A stretch of DNA of 63,252 nt, filler included, from Hyphochytrium catenoides (lineage: Eukaryota > Protista > Hyphochytriomycota), in NCBI GenBank assembly GCA_900088475.1. It is 17 parts of 17 records of this genome, joined end to end, with 100 filler letters (N's around TTAATTAATTAA, not from the genome) between each part and the next. Parts side by side here need not be neighbours in the genome. Positions count along the whole stretch, not along the records: positions 61,698 to 63,252 come from FLMG01002192.1; 16 more parts are not named here. One strand, written 5' to 3'. The notes beneath the pieces were generated by a model. The model was not told the DNA's origin and did no database searches. It saw only the letters and a list, made by a program, of their open reading frames with translations. This document shows, in pieces, positions 62,413 through 63,252 of this stretch. How positions within the stretch are numbered: position 1 is the first letter of the stretch; each line of letters begins with the position of its first letter. The position numbers and the translations under genes are program-made.

Positions 62413-63252
62413 GCTGTTCAATTTTCACAAGATCTTTTCCTTGATCTTCTTGATGGCAACGCCGGATAGTTCTCTGCTGTATGGAGAATGATCTCTTGAT
62501 GAATGGTTGTCAACATGCAGACTTCCGCAGCGGGGAGGAGTGCCAGTGTCGTCTATTTTGTCGTCGGATCGCTGCAGCAGTTTCGAGTACTCCTACGAGT
62601 AGCTTCCCGGAGAAGAAAGGGCCAGGTTGAGAGGAGAGAAGGGAAGAAGATGGACGGTACAAGTAGAACTTCTAGAAGCTCTGTACCCACCCAGTTTTGT
62701 CCTTGGCTGCCAGGAGAAGGATCTCAACGGCTCAACTCCGCAATGCGTTCTGGTATCTGGGTGTGGCTTGGGGCTTGAGAGTAAAAGGCTGGAGTACCTC
62801 ATCATTGAACTCATCTTCGTACAGGGAGCAGGGGATAAATAGTAGATTGAGATTTCTGACAAATAAAGACCTTGAACTCCGAATCTAGCGGGGCTTGCAC
62901 GAAGGGAACTGGTGAGGGCAAGCTTACAAATAGCCCTTGAAGCACCCGATAAGTGTCAGCTGAGAACTGAGAAGAAATTCTCGTTTTTCATTGGCAATGA
63001 GGCGGTCGTCTCATCATCGATGACCAGCCTTCTCATCTTCTTCAAAGCACCCTTCCAAAGAGCTTACTTCTTGTCACGATTATTTGGTGAAGAAGAAAAG
63101 CTCTGCACGTACCTGGCAGTTTTGCCCTTTCCTGAATGGCAGGGAGCTGCATCCTGCGGCATCAGGCATCGTCCTCCTCGCTCATCGTCACATGAGTCTG
63201 TTCCATTATTATTTTCTAACGTTTTGCTGCTGGATGCCATCTGGCTCAGGCG

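Overview
Eukaryotic (probably protist; a stramenopile/ochrophyte origin is inferred from the protein styles only) genomic pseudomolecule. About 17 short contigs or scaffolds are joined by 100-nt N44-TTAATTAATTAA-N44 spacers, so adjacency across spacers is artificial. Gene contigs carry intron-rich GT-AG housekeeping genes whose introns are packed with (GA)n/(CT)n microsatellites: ALG8, LSM14, a small putative mitochondrial membrane protein, RRP15, an ankyrin protein, an S10 serine carboxypeptidase, RAD17 with N-terminal RanBP2-type zinc fingers, a kinesin-13-like fragment, a divergent POT/PTR2 transporter, CDC50 and the PP2A A subunit. Other contigs are nests of Ty1/copia fragments and several repeat families (my labels: LTR-A, LTR-B, LTR-D, element C). 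The best novelty candidate is LTR-D: a TGTTG-starting LTR-like repeat with a TATA box at -30, a tRNA-like cloverleaf with A/B boxes and a T-run, i.e. a possible tRNA analogue of the 5S-carrying Cassandra LTRs. Also notable are recurrent insertion hotspots inside LTR-A and its PBS, and a TSD-less element found only inside LTRs. Most ORFs in the supplied track are microsatellite artefacts.
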